From assembly GCA_963695355.1 (NCBI GenBank), contig OY968775.1, positions 71,983-135,982 of the forward strand: a DNA stretch of 64,000 nt, given 5' to 3'. This document shows, piece after piece, positions 50,906 to 60,814 of this stretch. A program made the position numbers and the translations under genes. Within the stretch, counting starts at the first letter, position 1, and the number at the start of each line of letters is the position of its first letter. Source of the DNA: an uncultured beta proteobacterium. GTDB lineage: Bacteria > Pseudomonadota > Gammaproteobacteria > Burkholderiales > Gallionellaceae. Below the pieces are notes generated by a model that saw only the letters and a program-made list of their open reading frames with translations, did no database searches and was not told the DNA's origin.

Positions 50906-53083
50906 CTACGTCGATAAATACAATCGCCACTGTTGAATTACTGATGCGGTCACTGCATCGCTCAACCATACTGCTTGTTGAAGAATTTTAGTATTCTCAT
51001 CATTGGGTAACTTTGGATTACATAATTGCTTGCACATATCCAGCAAGTTTTTATAGGGTATCGGACTTTTGCTGAATAGCGTGTTATGTCGATACAACCC
51101 TAACTCTTTTAACTGAGTGTTGAGAAGGGCTGCATAGATGTATTTTGAATAGCTTAAATTCAGCTCCATATTGACGTATTCACGAAACACGTCTGCCTCA
51201 ACGATGACATTTTCTACATTTAAAATCTCACGAATAACCTGCATGACGGCATCTGTGTCGATATTGCTAAAGGCTTTTTCAGTTGTGGTGTAAACCATTT
51301 TATCAACGCGAACCACTTTGCCTTCTTGCATCAAATTGCTGATATAAAATCCGGCATGACCTAAACTTTTGCTTTTCAATCGCTCAGCTATTTCCTGCTT
51401 AGTCATGGCTACTGTGGATTCATTAAGCACTTTTATGATGACATCGGCTTGGGTGATACGTTTTGAATCTGGATCAAGGCTTATGCTATCCGAACCTGAT
51501 TTGCCATCAAAGTAAAGTCCGTAATCTTCGCCATACTCTCTGACAAGATGGCGCAAAGTGAAGTACTCTATTTCGCTGCGTTGCCCTTTGGTTTGATAGT
51601 AATAGTCGTGCAAATGCGAAGCTGTTATTTGTTTTCGCTTAAAGTAATCAATCAGATGTTGCATGATTTCAGGGATGTCAAACTGCTCAAGGTCAAGAAA
51701 TATCAGATTTCGATAAGTTCCTTTGCCGCATAAATAAATATATTCGGAATCATTGAACCCATGAGTTGATCTAGTCTCATCTATTTGTGTTGATGCGCAC
51801 CCTTTTACATTTACTATTTTGGCAATATCTTTCCATGGCAATCCTTCGGGATGAGAAGTTAAGATATGAGCCACGGCCTTGCCTCTAGCAAGTTTCATTG
51901 GATAAATGCCTTGTTCAGTTACTTTAATGTTATGGGATTTCTCTAATTGGTTTATGCCGTGTATTGCTGATGCCTTGTCGTACCCATAATTCGACATCAA
52001 TTCATTGATGATAATTTCTTCGGCGACAGGGGAAGGCATAGAGCAGAACAGCGAGTCTATAATTTCAGTATGAATCTTGGTGAAAATTATCTTGCTAATG
52101 CTGCCTGTTTCAACTTGGCAACATAATTCAATAAGAGCGTAGAACAGCTTCTCTGTGGCAAAACATTTGGCTAATTTAGGCAATAACACCGTTAAATCTT
52201 CAATCATTCTTGCACGGATATTTGCCCATAATATTTTGGGTGGTATCGTCAAACGAAAAGGAAGATTGGCATTGATAGGCTGCTCAATTTGGCGTATCCG
52301 CTCTCTGGTTAGTGGCTTACCCTCGGTATTTTTATATCGACCTGCAACTTCCTCAAGCGTTTCATGTTGGTGATTGAATCCCCAGCGCGAAAGCGCAATA
52401 TCCGTTTTCATTTCATCCAATGTCCATAAATAGCTTTCAATGTCTTCAATGAGTACGTTATCTATCTCTTTAAATTCAATTAAGTTTAATGAGGTAAATT
52501 TTTCCGACTGCTCAAATAAAAGGTTGGGCAATTGTTTTTGCAATTTAATTAAACTTAAAGCATACAACTTGCCCACAGAAGGTAATTCAGCAAAGTGAGA
52601 CGAATCGAGATTAATGAGGTCTTGAACCGTGACTAAGTCGCCCACTGAAGCAGAAATTTTTCTTATGAGTTCTTGATATTGTGTTGGGAATACCACTTGC
52701 GCCAGATGAGTTTCTAGTTGTGCTAGTGAAAGTGTAATTTGAGGGGGTAATTCAAACGCGGCAGGCATCGTGCTTAAAGCATTTTCCTTGATATCAGAAC
52801 CTGGTTTGACTGTTGAGGCATTCATGTCAAGTGACAAGCCAATCTTGCCAAGACAGAGCTCGATTTCCCGCAGCGACTTAAGGCCTAAATTCTGGGCTTG
52901 CAGCAAACTATTTCTAGTGCATTGAACCAGATCTCGGATGTAATGAATATTTTGTTTCTTGAGGCAATTGTATGGGCGCGGTGGGAGATTCAGATTCTCA
53001 ATGGGGCGCTGAAAAATTGCGTCATTCTTACTAGATAAAAGCACTTGTCCATATTCCGAAGTATCCATTTCATTCATTTTCAT
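50906..53083 (-). CDS. RNAP alpha-CTD / sigma70 region-4 / multi-wHTH protein
   Basis: IENLNLPPRPYNCLKKQNIHYIRDLV...NLGLKSLREI (alpha-CTD), a second degenerate copy, and TLEEVAG...TRERIRQIE (sigma70 r4 HTH). Confidence 0.8.
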   Translation of the reverse strand: MKMNEMDTSEYGQVLLSSKNDAIFQRPIENLNLPPRPYNCLKKQNIHYIRDLVQCTRNSLLQAQNLGLKSLREIELCLGKIGLSLDMNASTVKPGSDIKENALSTMPAAFELPPQITLSLAQLETHLAQVVFPTQYQELIRKISASVGDLVTVQDLINLDSSHFAELPSVGKLYALSLIKLQKQLPNLLFEQSEKFTSLNLIEFKEIDNVLIEDIESYLWTLDEMKTDIALSRWGFNHQHETLEEVAGRYKNTEGKPLTRERIRQIEQPINANLPFRLTIPPKILWANIRARMIEDLTVLLPKLAKCFATEKLFYALIELCCQVETGSISKIIFTKIHTEIIDSLFCSMPSPVAEEIIINELMSNYGYDKASAIHGINQLEKSHNIKVTEQGIYPMKLARGKAVAHILTSHPEGLPWKDIAKIVNVKGCASTQIDETRSTHGFNDSEYIYLCGKGTYRNLIFLDLEQFDIPEIMQHLIDYFKRKQITASHLHDYYYQTKGQRSEIEYFTLRHLVREYGEDYGLYFDGKSGSDSISLDPDSKRITQADVIIKVLNESTVAMTKQEIAERLKSKSLGHAGFYISNLMQEGKVVRVDKMVYTTTEKAFSNIDTDAVMQVIREILNVENVIVEADVFREYVNMELNLSYSKYIYAALLNTQLKELGLYRHNTLFSKSPIPYKNLLDMCKQLCNPKLPNDENTKILQQAVWLSDAVTASVIQQWRLYLST

Positions 53084-55395
53084 TGTCCTGAATTATTTCT
53101 GTTCTTTTGCAGACAACTGAGAAAACGAAATTCTGAACTAAATACACGTTTAATTTCTGCTCTACCTTCGGCGGGTAGTTTTAATAAATCCTGCCTCGTC
53201 TTAATAATATTCAGATACTTTTCAATGAGCAAGGACTCTTCATTAATTTCGGCAATTTTTGAGATATTTGTCGGCGATACCTCAAGGGGTGCTGTGATGG
53301 CTTGTTGATTTAATTGAACGGAATTTATGGATAAAAAATTTCCTAATTCACTTTCATTACCCAACAAAAACTCGACCTCGGCTTCCGAGCAAGCAAGCAA
53401 ACCGTTATGTTGCTTAGCAAGGCTAATCGCTCTAAAACTTGGGCAGATGCGATTTTTTTGATAAAAGTTCTGCGCGTAATCCAAGCATATTTTACGAAAC
53501 ATACCTTGATCGTATTGCCCAATTAATGCGGCTTCCAGATAGCCAAAATACGAGTCAAAATGCGTAGCGATTTGGTCGGCAGTAACATCAGTCGAAATAC
53601 TTTCGATTTCATTCAGTTTGGGGATATGGTTGTTGTCCTCATAGTATCTTCGCAGCACCTCAATCACCTGCATTCGTGACTTCAAGCGATATTGCAGCTC
53701 TTCAATAAGTTGCAAAACTTGCGCGGCAGATTGGCTATAGCTCACTTCCAACGAAGAGTTATGCACGGTTTCCTTTTTATCGCGTGGCTCCCAATTTTCT
53801 TTTTCAATGGGTACGCGATTTACTCTTTTGCTGAGTTGGTGTACTTCGTTTAGCCGTTCCAATGAACCCACAAAATCTAATACATGAACGTAATCTTTGT
53901 TGGGTGTTTTGCGCAGTCCTCTGCCTAGTTGTTGCAGCCAGATCGTATGCGACCCCGTGTAACGCATAAAAACTAGCAGATTAGTTTCTGGAATATCAAT
54001 GCCTTCGTTGAATAAATCTCGTACCAAAATGTAACGATAATTCCCCTCACGGAAATCACGGATATTTTGCCAGCGTTGTGAATCACTCATTTGAGAATGT
54101 ACAAAGGTCGCGCTGCCTGGCGGGAAAAACTGAATCAGGTAAGTAATGTGTTGAATATTGCGGCAAAAGACAATCCCCTTGAGATTGCAGATTTGTTTTT
54201 CTTGTACGGTTTTTTCTATGATGCGGACAACTTCTTCGTCCTTTTTATGCAAGAACAGACGTTGGTCTAAATCGCTAATCGACATGCCATGATTCAGTTG
54301 GTCTATACGCGATTGATCCAAGTCATCAAGCAAAACCAAATACTTTGGAAATGCCAGTTTGTTATGACGCAATGCCCAAGCTAAATCATACTTGCCCACA
54401 TGACCTGCCGCACCACCAAAAAATGCTAGTACGTCTTTGTTATCCTCACGAAACGGTGTTGCGGTCAGGCCTATCAATAATTTTGGATGAAAATGCTCGA
54501 CGACTGTGGCATAAGTTCTGGCTGGGGTGTGATGAGCTTCATCAACCACTATCACGTCAAAAGTTTCCTTTTCCAGCGTGGCGATTTTGCTAAATAGCGT
54601 ATCGAAACTGCCAAACACAAAATCAGTTTGCTCTGGGTTTGCACCATCAAAACAGGCCGAAAATGAGTAAGTGCCAATACCCAAAACGTTTTTGAAGGCA
54701 GTAACCGATTGCAACAGTATTTCGACCTGATGCGCCAAGAACAGCACACGCTTAACTTTGCCCTGTTGCAATATCTGTTTTAGCAAATGGGCAACGGTAT
54801 AGGTTTTACCTAACCCTGTTGCCATTTCTATTAACAAACGATTATGCCCTGCATTAAAGCGCGTCAAGCTGTCCTGAATAACGGTTTCTTGGTATGTTCT
54901 GGGCTTGATATCCCGTCCGATTTCTGATTGCTTCTCAATCCACAAATTCTGCAAACTGTCACGATCAAGTAGCTCAACTCCAAGTCTTAACGCTCTTACT
55001 TTCACCTCGGAAGTAAAATAAGAATTTGTCACTAAAATCATGTTGACGACATTAGCGAGCTTTGCGCCCGTGACCAATTGATTTAATGCGCTTACGTCAA
55101 CTGTATCTCCGGCTTGCCTTTGCTTGACTTCAATCGCAAATTTTCGTTTGCTTTTATAGGCGAAAATATCAACACCACCATCACCATGCTTAAACTCCTT
55201 CCCTACTTTGGTAATAATTGCATCGCTCCAGCCAGCAGCCACAAAAACATCCCGGACGTAAATTTCAAAATCGGATGGAGATAGTTTATCTATCAGTTTG
55301 AATTCTGATAAAGCGGCTTTGTTCAGTGGCGGGCAAACACGATTTGTGTTGACATGATGTTTTCCACCGCCGACTTGTTTTTTGCCTGTTTTCAT
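53080..55395 (-). CDS. Mrr-family endonuclease fused to SF2 (ResIII/DEAH) helicase
   Basis: DFE.YV..VF...GDGGVD...IEVKQ...VTNS.FT (Mrr_cat); MATGLGKT, VDEAHH, GLTATP, FNEGIDIP, QQLGRGLR. Confidence 0.88.
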   Translation of the reverse strand: MKTGKKQVGGGKHHVNTNRVCPPLNKAALSEFKLIDKLSPSDFEIYVRDVFVAAGWSDAIITKVGKEFKHGDGGVDIFAYKSKRKFAIEVKQRQAGDTVDVSALNQLVTGAKLANVVNMILVTNSYFTSEVKVRALRLGVELLDRDSLQNLWIEKQSEIGRDIKPRTYQETVIQDSLTRFNAGHNRLLIEMATGLGKTYTVAHLLKQILQQGKVKRVLFLAHQVEILLQSVTAFKNVLGIGTYSFSACFDGANPEQTDFVFGSFDTLFSKIATLEKETFDVIVVDEAHHTPARTYATVVEHFHPKLLIGLTATPFREDNKDVLAFFGGAAGHVGKYDLAWALRHNKLAFPKYLVLLDDLDQSRIDQLNHGMSISDLDQRLFLHKKDEEVVRIIEKTVQEKQICNLKGIVFCRNIQHITYLIQFFPPGSATFVHSQMSDSQRWQNIRDFREGNYRYILVRDLFNEGIDIPETNLLVFMRYTGSHTIWLQQLGRGLRKTPNKDYVHVLDFVGSLERLNEVHQLSKRVNRVPIEKENWEPRDKKETVHNSSLEVSYSQSAAQVLQLIEELQYRLKSRMQVIEVLRRYYEDNNHIPKLNEIESISTDVTADQIATHFDSYFGYLEAALIGQYDQGMFRKICLDYAQNFYQKNRICPSFRAISLAKQHNGLLACSEAEVEFLLGNESELGNFLSINSVQLNQQAITAPLEVSPTNISKIAEINEESLLIEKYLNIIKTRQDLLKLPAEGRAEIKRVFSSEFRFLSCLQKNRNNSGQ

Positions 55396-55955
55396 TATTT
55401 CAGTGAAGAAGATGAAGTTGTAAAATTGAAAGCAAGTCTATAGCACTAGTGATATAGGTGTCGATAATTAGTGGCTTCACATATTGCAATCGATTCCTTC
55501 CATCTGCACAGGTTGCGGAGCGTTTAGTTGTTCGACATCGCAGCTAACACGTGAAAGTCATCCCACTCTCCTATCGAATGCATCTTATTCGCACTAATGG
55601 CATCTTTCAGGATGACTTGCTACAAGGGTCGACAATCCGCCAGTAGGTCGGGTGGCGAGCCTCTCCATTATCAGTTATTCCTCAAGCTGATTAAACTGCT
55701 TCAAAAATAATTCAATGACTACTTTGTAGAAGGGAGTATGAGCAAGCCTACAGCACTACAGCAATATATAAATGTCATTTACGGAACTTCAACTTGTTAT
55801 TTCATTTATTTTACGGCACGATTCTGTGATGAGAACGATTTTTCTATATTGTCATCAGTGAAAGAAATACGTAATGGTAAATTTCACCCCACCTACGGAA
55901 ATTGACGCTTCACAGCATAACTGCCTGCGCCCCTCACTTCAAAGTTAAATCCCAG

Positions 55956-56780
55956 ATGGCGATCCACCAACTCGATCTATTAGAGAATGCACTCGACAGC
56001 CTAGCTGAAGCACTGGCGAAGTTCGAAGAGGGCGATGCGGGAGAATCAAAGGCATACAAGTTCGCCATTTTACATATGGCGCACTTTATTGAACTTATTT
56101 TCAAACATCACATAGCACAAAAGCATCCGCTATTGATTTACAAGGATCCATTCGCGCAAAAGGTCGATAAGAACAAAACCATTACCCTTTGGGATGCGGT
56201 GAATTTTATCAACAACGAGGCGACAGACACAGTTTCTGCTGAGTTTCGTACCAACTTGGAATGGCTGAAGCGACTAAGAAACGAAATCGAACACCACAAA
56301 TTCACAATGGATGTGCCACAGGTGCGCATCACGTTGGGAAGACTGTTCCGATCAGTGCTTGAATTTCTTGAAAACTATAGCGGTGTTGAGATCGAATCTC
56401 ATATTCCCGACAACACAATGGATTCTTTCAAGGTGCTTTCTGACGAGTATGAGTTCCGACGACGCGATGCCATCCGTAAAGCAGAAGAAGTCGAAAAAGC
56501 AAACACATCAGACCACACTTCGGGCGAAGACGAGTCACCTGTGAGGCTTGATTGTCCCAATTGTGAGAACCCAACTCTGGTTATCAATGATGACTCTGAT
56601 ACGGGCTATCGTTGCACATTCTGCGAGAACGAAGATAGTGACGAGTTGCCCGCATGGTGCGACATTTGTAGCGTCCAAACCATCCATGGTGAACTCGTAT
56701 TTTGGGAAAGCGAGGCTGGTCAAACTGAAGGCCGCTGCTATTACTGCTCAGGTAGATACCGTGCTGAAAAAGATGACTAA
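55956..56780 (+). CDS. HEPN-like protein with C-terminal Zn ribbons
   Basis: AILHMAHFIELIFKH, LRNEIEHH (Rx4H), CPNC/CTFC/CDIC/CYYC; likely ATG at 55956. Confidence 0.65.
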   Translation: MAIHQLDLLENALDSLAEALAKFEEGDAGESKAYKFAILHMAHFIELIFKHHIAQKHPLLIYKDPFAQKVDKNKTITLWDAVNFINNEATDTVSAEFRTNLEWLKRLRNEIEHHKFTMDVPQVRITLGRLFRSVLEFLENYSGVEIESHIPDNTMDSFKVLSDEYEFRRRDAIRKAEEVEKANTSDHTSGEDESPVRLDCPNCENPTLVINDDSDTGYRCTFCENEDSDELPAWCDICSVQTIHGELVFWESEAGQTEGRCYYCSGRYRAEKDD

Positions 56781-56863
56781 ACTTTGGTCTAGCATGGTAT
56801 GTGCGAAAAGTCGCGCAGGCATGGTTGATTCTAAAGCCAGATTTCATAACATGAGCTGAGCTA

Positions 56864-57769
56864 ATGATTACAGAAAAATTGTATATTATTGGAAACGGTT
56901 TCGACATTTATCACGGGATACCATCGCGGTATACGGACTTTCGAACATATCTTGAACAGAGCGACCGGTCACTTTGTCAGAAGCTTGAGAACTACTTCAG
57001 TTACGAAGGATTATGGGCGGACTTTGAACAATCGCTGGCTGATTTCGATGCTGACAGATTGATTGAGGATGCGTCAAATTTTCTTGTTTCCTATGGGTCA
57101 GACGATTGGAGCGATTCATATCACCATGATTTTCAGTATGAGATTAATGAAGTGGTTGTCGCTTTATCACAGACATTGAAATTAAAGTTTGCGGAGTGGA
57201 TTGCACAACTACCAATCCCATCCGAGTTGGATATTAAAAATAAAAAGCTCGGTTGCATTGACAAAAATTCGACATTTTTGTCGTTCAACTATACAAACAC
57301 CCTTCAGGCAGCCTACTTAGTTTCAGACAGCCATGTGCTTCATATTCACATGAAATATCTAGTAAATGGCCCAGATTTAGTGCTGGGGCACGCTTGGAAG
57401 CCGGTCAAAAGAAATGCGTTAATGCATCAAGATGATCTTGAGCGGCAAGATGTCCGCATTGCCGAAGGCGACAAGATAATTGATAGATACTTCAAGACAA
57501 CCTACAAGCCAACGGAAGAAATTATAAAATTAAATGGCGAATACTTTGCGAGCTTGCGCCGAACAAAAGAAATTTATGTACTTGGGCACTCGATGTCGTG
57601 CGTTGACATTCCATACTTTCAAGAGATTGTGAGATCAATTGATGCGCGAAACACGAAGTGGTACATAAGCTACTTTGATGAGAAAGAGTTAGCAAGTCAT
57701 CAAGGAGCAATGAATGCCCTTGGCATTAGAGCAGAGTTGATAAATTTTTCTGACTTAAAGAGTATTTGA
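56864..57769 (+). CDS. abiH: AbiH-family (SIR2-like) abortive infection protein
   Basis: LYIIGNGFDIYHG..SRY.DF, FLSFNYT.TL, HIH...LGH, YVLGHSM..VD..YF. Confidence 0.85.
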   Translation: MITEKLYIIGNGFDIYHGIPSRYTDFRTYLEQSDRSLCQKLENYFSYEGLWADFEQSLADFDADRLIEDASNFLVSYGSDDWSDSYHHDFQYEINEVVVALSQTLKLKFAEWIAQLPIPSELDIKNKKLGCIDKNSTFLSFNYTNTLQAAYLVSDSHVLHIHMKYLVNGPDLVLGHAWKPVKRNALMHQDDLERQDVRIAEGDKIIDRYFKTTYKPTEEIIKLNGEYFASLRRTKEIYVLGHSMSCVDIPYFQEIVRSIDARNTKWYISYFDEKELASHQGAMNALGIRAELINFSDLKSI

Positions 57770-58040
57770 GTGAGTGTCTAAAGCGGGGAAAAGGTGTGTG
57801 ATTGGTTTTTATAAAGAAAATAGCCAGCCCGCAATTATACTGCCAGCTTTCCAGCTAAATAATTTTAGAGCAGTGAAGTGGGCAACTGCACTAATGAAGG
57901 CGATTGAGGACGCAAACGCAAAATGATAGATAGCGACTTCTGGGTTGCGCACATTGTCCAGCATTGAACAAAGAGGCCTTTGATAAAAACTCTGAATATA
58001 GGAGAATGAGGAATTGGCGAATAGCAACAAACATTAATTA

Positions 58041-58577
58041 ATGATAGCTTGGGAAGCATTTAAATATCGGGGAGTCGAGTACGATTTAACTCATCTTCAC
58101 CCATGCCGTCTCCAGTATATTCAATCGGAAAAATCTGGTCAGCCAGAAAGAAGATATATCGTTGAAGTCTGCTACAGCTTGCACTGCTTTACAAAAACAT
58201 TTTCAACCGCAGCAGACCCACATCTTAACTATAGTGATGCAAGAGAGACTCGAACTTTTGATCTTGAAAGATACGAATTATCTAAACAACTACCGCAAAT
58301 CATCCAAGACCTGAGTTCTAAAAGATGTATGCATACGGGAAAGGGAAATTTCTTTGTGGTTGAAGTTGTTACTTCAAGCGGTGCTAAAGAAGATTACGAG
58401 GTGTATTTTGATGTCCAGAATTCAAGTGCCAAGGGAATGATTGCACGCCTCTTTGTACAAAGTGCTTATGTCAGAGATGAAAAGCATATCAACAGATTAG
58501 CCGCCACCAAAAAAATATCGCTGTTTGTGATTCTGAATAATAAGCAAACAGGAAAGCCGATTAAAATGCCGCAGTAG
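58041..58577 (+). CDS. Hypothetical protein, putative RNase toxin (BECR-like, tentative)
   Basis: 178-aa ORF with YDLTHLHP, HCFT, R.FD.ERYELSKQLP and RLFVQSAY; faces a convergent structured RNA. Confidence 0.6.
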   Translation: MIAWEAFKYRGVEYDLTHLHPCRLQYIQSEKSGQPERRYIVEVCYSLHCFTKTFSTAADPHLNYSDARETRTFDLERYELSKQLPQIIQDLSSKRCMHTGKGNFFVVEVVTSSGAKEDYEVYFDVQNSSAKGMIARLFVQSAYVRDEKHINRLAATKKISLFVILNNKQTGKPIKMPQ

Positions 58578-58579
58578 AA

Positions 58580-58710
58580 ACGGTTAAGGCTCCTTACGGA
58601 GCCTTAACTTTGATACTAACCGAACCTCTTAGAATATCTGCACTTGGGCGGAAACCATTTCTGGCGGGATCACTGCACGGCTTTCACCGCATTCGGTTTA
58701 TACAATGACA
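58580..58710 (-). ncRNA. Putative ~130-nt structured RNA (candidate RNA antitoxin)
   Basis: Enclosing stem AACCGAA/UUCGGUU, hairpins GCGGU-GAAA-GCCGU and CCA-GAAA-UGG, upstream sigma70 promoter, downstream terminator. Confidence 0.6.
58583..58608. terminator. Hairpin terminator shared by the convergent ORF and RNA
   Basis: Perfect 11-bp stem gttaaggctcc-ttac-ggagccttaac with short T/A tracts on both sides. Confidence 0.8.
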
Positions 58711-58715
58711 TGGGC

Positions 58716-58744
58716 AATATATTCCTAAATGACGAACCCGTCAA
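58716..58744 (-). promoter_or_regulatory. Sigma70 promoter driving the putative RNA
   Basis: Minus strand TTGACG (58744-58739), 17-bp spacer, TATATT (58721-58716); no ORF follows before the terminator. Confidence 0.7.
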
Positions 58745-58856
58745 TATCTATTCCGCCATCACAATCTGACCGTACCGTCGTGTGAATTGACTGTTGTTGG
58801 CGACGATTGGAGGGTAATCTCAAGCGTGTTGGCACCCTTAGTACGCTTGACCGCAG

Positions 58857-60737
58857 TTATAAGCGCATTCCTTTCCTACGTTTTCTGGGTGCTCTCGGTA
58901 TCTTCTGTCCGGGCCACAACACATCATCGTAATGCAAAGGTTTATTAGTTAGCCCAAGCCGCATAGCTGGCGTCATTTTGTCATCATCACTGATCTTGAT
59001 GAAATTATGATAAACCCGAAGCAGACTCAGATATTGCTCCACCATCTTTGGATTGTAGGGTGCGTAACCGTGCCAGACCGTGTTGTAGCCGCTTGAAGTG
59101 CCAATCGGGCGCTCAAATGCATTTATCAATCGCCTCGAAATTTGAAAAATATTATCCACGGCATTGATGCCTGCATCGAGGTACATCTGTGCCCTGGTCA
59201 AATCGTCATAGTCATTGTCGCTTCGCTCAGTTAACCAGCATATAGCTTTATCCGGTTCGTTCATTGACGGAAGAGGATGGGTCACCCATTTATCCTTCCA
59301 TTTACCAATGTTCGCTGCCCCTACTATGTTGTCGTGCATCAACCATAATTTAGCCTGATCCCGTTTGTTTGCGGGTAAATTGGACGAGTAGTCTGACAGG
59401 ATCTGTTGTGCCTTTTCACACCGACCCTCTTTATCTGGAGTGGTCAGGAATTTCGAATAGCGAACATAGAAACCGTGGGCTTGACCAGATTTGATTTCTT
59501 TTTCAAATGCCGAGATAAATCCGGCCCTGAGCATGGAATCGCAATCCATGTAATAGAATAATTTCTCTACCCCTGCCCCCTTGACCAGCATATGCATCAT
59601 TTGAAAATGGGCATAGCTGGTATACGGCACATGAACTTGCATGCCTTTGGTCAAGATGGGATTGCAGTAATCCAAATCCATATTTTGTTGCTCACGATTC
59701 TCAACATCCTTGCGAGATTGTGCTGCAACATAAACATCATTGATCTGTTGCAAGATATCCTGAGCCTTTGTTAAACCGAGTCGCTGACCAAGCTTGCGGC
59801 CAGCCAGAAACTCATCACAAGTCATCCAATATTGTGCGTGCTGTCTAAATGCTTCCGGTCTCAACGCGTCACCGTTCATCGAGGCTTCTTTGTTGATCGT
59901 GTAGGAATCGGCATCCTTATCGTAGTTTGCACACATGCCAAGGATAAAGCGGCTATCCTGATCAACCGTACACACAGTTGAAAATTCAGCGTTACGCCGA
60001 TCATGCTTATTAGTCCAGTTGAGTTGATACTCCTGGACATCGACTGATAGCCTGAGGGTTTTGGGAAGCAATATCTCACCATTGATCATACGTCGGTCAA
60101 ACAATCCTGATAATTGGTTGCAGCGACGATGGACAAAATCGAGTAAAGAGTAATAGTTTTCATTGCTTTGGATAGACATCCCCCTGATAGCGCATCGAAC
60201 TGGGGATTTGTTGGCGACACGGCTGAATAAATCCGATGCCATATGCCTGTTCTTTGGATGAATACGAACTGGTTGTGAAGCCAACATCCGTTTCTTGCAA
60301 GCCTTGCATACATATAGCTGCTCTCCGGTGACCGAGTGAACCCCTGCCCTACTGTAAAGCTCAGGATACTCACCAACAGTACATCCGCAATTCGGACATC
60401 CAACCGTCTTGCACGCGAGTAATTCGGTCGTCGTAAGCACTGAATGGGTGATGCGCTCAAATTCAGCGGATATACCGGTATTGGATTTGATTGGAATCTT
60501 CTCGTTGCATGACTTACACAGGATGGCCGGAATACGACCTTCTGATGTGTTTGTTACTTTGTAATGAGTATCGCGATCGGGGCTCGGGCCAGGTTTACCA
60601 GGCTGTTCTCTGGCAGGGATACCAAAGTTATCACATTGAGGGTTTTTGCAAAAATTGACCTGCAGTGGCATGGCCGGACTGGCCCCCAATTTCAGTTGGG
60701 AGGTCGGCGGAATACGAAAATTTGTTGGCTGAACCAT
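58857..60737 (-). CDS. Large multi-Zn-ribbon RNase-H-fold transposase-like protein, paralogue B
   Basis: NFCKNPQC/CKSC and CKTVGC/CKAC Zn ribbons, HTH-like segment, LSVD, YYMDCD, NAVDNIF..SRR, VYHNF...MTPAMRLGL (IS1-like tail); starts 77 bp inside the right IR. Confidence 0.75.
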   Translation of the reverse strand: MVQPTNFRIPPTSQLKLGASPAMPLQVNFCKNPQCDNFGIPAREQPGKPGPSPDRDTHYKVTNTSEGRIPAILCKSCNEKIPIKSNTGISAEFERITHSVLTTTELLACKTVGCPNCGCTVGEYPELYSRAGVHSVTGEQLYVCKACKKRMLASQPVRIHPKNRHMASDLFSRVANKSPVRCAIRGMSIQSNENYYSLLDFVHRRCNQLSGLFDRRMINGEILLPKTLRLSVDVQEYQLNWTNKHDRRNAEFSTVCTVDQDSRFILGMCANYDKDADSYTINKEASMNGDALRPEAFRQHAQYWMTCDEFLAGRKLGQRLGLTKAQDILQQINDVYVAAQSRKDVENREQQNMDLDYCNPILTKGMQVHVPYTSYAHFQMMHMLVKGAGVEKLFYYMDCDSMLRAGFISAFEKEIKSGQAHGFYVRYSKFLTTPDKEGRCEKAQQILSDYSSNLPANKRDQAKLWLMHDNIVGAANIGKWKDKWVTHPLPSMNEPDKAICWLTERSDNDYDDLTRAQMYLDAGINAVDNIFQISRRLINAFERPIGTSSGYNTVWHGYAPYNPKMVEQYLSLLRVYHNFIKISDDDKMTPAMRLGLTNKPLHYDDVLWPGQKIPRAPRKRRKGMRL

Positions 60738-60814
60738 AATTATCTCGACTTTTCACATTTAAGTGGAAATATTAAAAGCATGTAACATACTGCTTGCTTT
60801 ACATATTTTAGTCA

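Noticed and set aside
55400-55900. Intergenic stretch with an agctaac motif and short ORF ends
   Set aside because: No matching GTTRRRY with a pairable attC stem; fragments too short to assign.
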